This document shows, in pieces, positions 61,635 to 64,000 of a stretch of 64,000 bases of DNA; position 1 is the first letter of the stretch; the number at the start of each line of letters is the position of its first letter. Below the pieces are notes generated by a model, which was not told where the DNA came from, made no database searches, and saw nothing but the letters and a program-made list of their open reading frames with translations. This DNA comes from Saccostrea cucullata (taxonomy: Eukaryota), in assembly GCF_032062105.1 (NCBI RefSeq), contig NW_026919344.1:1-64000 (forward strand), in the 5' to 3' direction. A program made the translations under genes and the position numbers.

Positions 61635-63229
61635 TGAGTTCAATTTTAAATGAAGAAATATATTTTAAATTTTACTGACTTTACAGAGAAGTTTGGTGAT
61701 TTTGAATATTCTGGAAGTTCTTTGACATTTTTGAGAATCAAGGATTTACAGTATTTGTCTTTTAAAAACAAAGAATATGTGATGGATGGGGGACTTGAAT
61801 TACATATGAAAATGTAAGGTATTGCGAAATAGAATGTATAAGTACATTTCCTAAGTCGAAGTATATTCTTAACCTAAAAACTCAAAATTTGAAGGAGTTA
61901 AGATAAATACCCGGTAGCATTTTTTCTATTTAAAAATATATTTATAGAATTAAAATTTGGAATAAAATTTTTAAAAAGTGATATAAATAAAAGAAAGAAA
62001 ATATGCTCCTAAAAATACTGAATATATTTGCAAAAAAATTGAAACAAGAAAGTTTCAAGGTATGTATCCAATAGATTAAGTACTTAGAATTATAAAATAA
62101 TAAAAATAACAAAACAATGTATCAGGTTTATTTCGCTTTCAGTTTATTTAATTTTCATGAAATAATTGAAAATCAGCAGGCATCTAATTAATTTTTGAAA
62201 CATTGTTTTATTTATTTTTTAGTCATTTCCTAATCTTTTAGACTAAGGTGTTGAAATTTATGTTTTTATAAAAATATGTATTTTAAAACTCCGAAGAAAT
62301 CACATTATATCATTAGTTGCTTTTTAAAATTTTTGTTTAAATTAGTGTCTGTTCGAAAAAGACTTATCAATGCAGTTATGTTTCCTGGCATATTTTATTA
62401 GTCAAAAATGAAAAAAAAAACTTTGATTTTCGATATAATTTATTTGAGCTTAGTCAAAAAAAAAGAAGATTTTTCACGAAAAGCGTTCACTGAATCAAAT
62501 TTTTAAAATAATTAACAAATAAAGACACAAACATATATCGCAAAATTAAAAAAGATATTATTTGGAAATTTTTTTTATTCCTCTTGTACAGAGTGGCTGA
62601 AACGAATGATGCACGGAGATTAAAAACCATCATTGGCTTGATTTTTTGCTGATTATTGGTACATACCCATACTTTCATTCGGTGTGAAATTTCTTTTTTA
62701 AAAGAAGTACTGTAGAAAATATGATTAAAAAATCCGTTATTTTTGTATTCTTCGTGTATTTTTCCTGACCTATCTAACTAACTTAGCACTCAGATTATTT
62801 TTTACTATATTACACACAATCTTGTTCATTGGTTATGAAATACATTAGGTAGTTTTTTTCTGGTTCACGTCCATTTAAGTTTTTAGATTGATTTAAATAA
62901 AAAGCCGCTTAATTATGGAGTGTGTTTAAGTTCCAAATTGCTATTTCGCAATGCCAGTATCTTGCACTCTCAAATGTAACATAAGTCCTGGATTATACAT
63001 GTATCTTTTATTGCCATTTTGTTTTCAAAAAACGCTTTATCCTGTCAAAATGGCGTATATATAAATAATTACAAAAGAAATGTCCTAGGCAGAATACTGT
63101 TGCTTTGACTTTTAAATTGACATATTTTTTTATCGTTTTTCTGCAAATTTAACTTGCTTGAAATTATTTTTAGCCGGTTGCATGGCCTTGAGCCTTTGAT
63201 TCAATATTTCGATTATAAGGGTCGACGTT

Positions 63230-63775
63230 TATCGTTAACAATATCCATTTTCTTAGCTGATTTCATATATGCCTATGAATTTAAAAAGGCACCACAGAGT
63301 CTGACACATCTTTTTCATATTTGAATATATGAAAAAAGTACAAAAAACGTTCTGATAAAAGTAGTACGTAGAGAATTCACCTTTTTCCTTTTTCTGTAGT
63401 CAATTTCCTCTTTCCCCTTTCTCCTGCATATCCAAGTTGATTCAATAAACAAGAAAATGCTCTACTCACAAACGATCTAAAAACAAAATAAGACAATCTA
63501 TTGACCAATAAGTTAAGGTTTTAGTTCGAAAACTTGTTTATATTACTTGAAACATTCATTTTGCAAATCTAAGGTCAATGCAATGATCTTGTTTGTTAAT
63601 ACGATTTTTTAGGACGAATATTGACTTATTTTTTCATGCAAATCGTTAAACTATTGTTTATTACTGAATTGGCTCTTAAGTTCTAGCAGTCATGACAAGG
63701 GAAACACGGCTGTCGCGATCGGTCAGCAGCGGATGCATACTCCTCAACTGAATCTAAGATTTCAGAGGTTTGTAT
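63230..63775 (+). mobile_element. Degenerate Penelope-like element 3' fragment
   Basis: ACCACAGAGTCTGACACATCT, AGTTGATTC and tail remnants, colinear with the other copies. Confidence 0.62.
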
Positions 63776-64000
63776 CAACTCTAGTTTAAATTTGAATTCT
63801 TCCAATGGACTCTTTGGTTTCATTTTTGTTCGTTATATAATAGTGCATTTAAGTTACGGATTTTTCTATAAGGCAGTAATTGATGAGCGGGTTATTTGGG
63901 ACGTTTGGAAATCCCATGAGTAACAATTGAGCCCCGTTATTAGCAGATCTAATTTTGTATTTATATGAAGTAGGATTTAATCAAACTATTATATGTGAAA

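Noticed and set aside
56970-61678. ORFs spanning N runs
   Set aside because: Artefacts of the assembly gaps.

Overview
AT-rich animal genomic DNA. The repeat repertoire (Meta/Deu-domain SINEs, Penelope-like RT fragments, TTAA-flanked MITEs, a HINE-like element) suggests a bivalve mollusc such as an oyster; this is inference. The window holds three co-oriented, intronless paralogues encoding signal-peptide-bearing, Toll-ectodomain-like LRR proteins with no TM or TIR domain (921-2096, 29200-30327, 45952-46929). Between the first two lies a structurally complete 10.9-kb Ty3/Gypsy LTR retrotransposon on the minus strand (6999-17896; GAGC TSD, tRNA-Leu PBS, PPT). It has gag, a -1-frame pol damaged by two lesions, and a third ORF in the env position. 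That ORF is not an envelope: it encodes a double C2H2 zinc-finger, acidic, repeat-containing protein with a basic tail, and its ATG directly follows a splice acceptor. The LTR promoter carries a cluster of palindromic AACGG sites. Together these are the best candidate for an undescribed system, a retrotransposon with its own spliced nuclear regulator. Other notable items are a PAM2-like motif at the Gag C-terminus, a second PPT-like tract before ORF3, uneven LTR divergence, and a SINE whose tRNA head is replaced by a structured, possibly self-cleaving RNA. The remainder is decayed transposons, local duplications and two assembly gaps. All counts were made by eye, and fragment boundaries are approximate.
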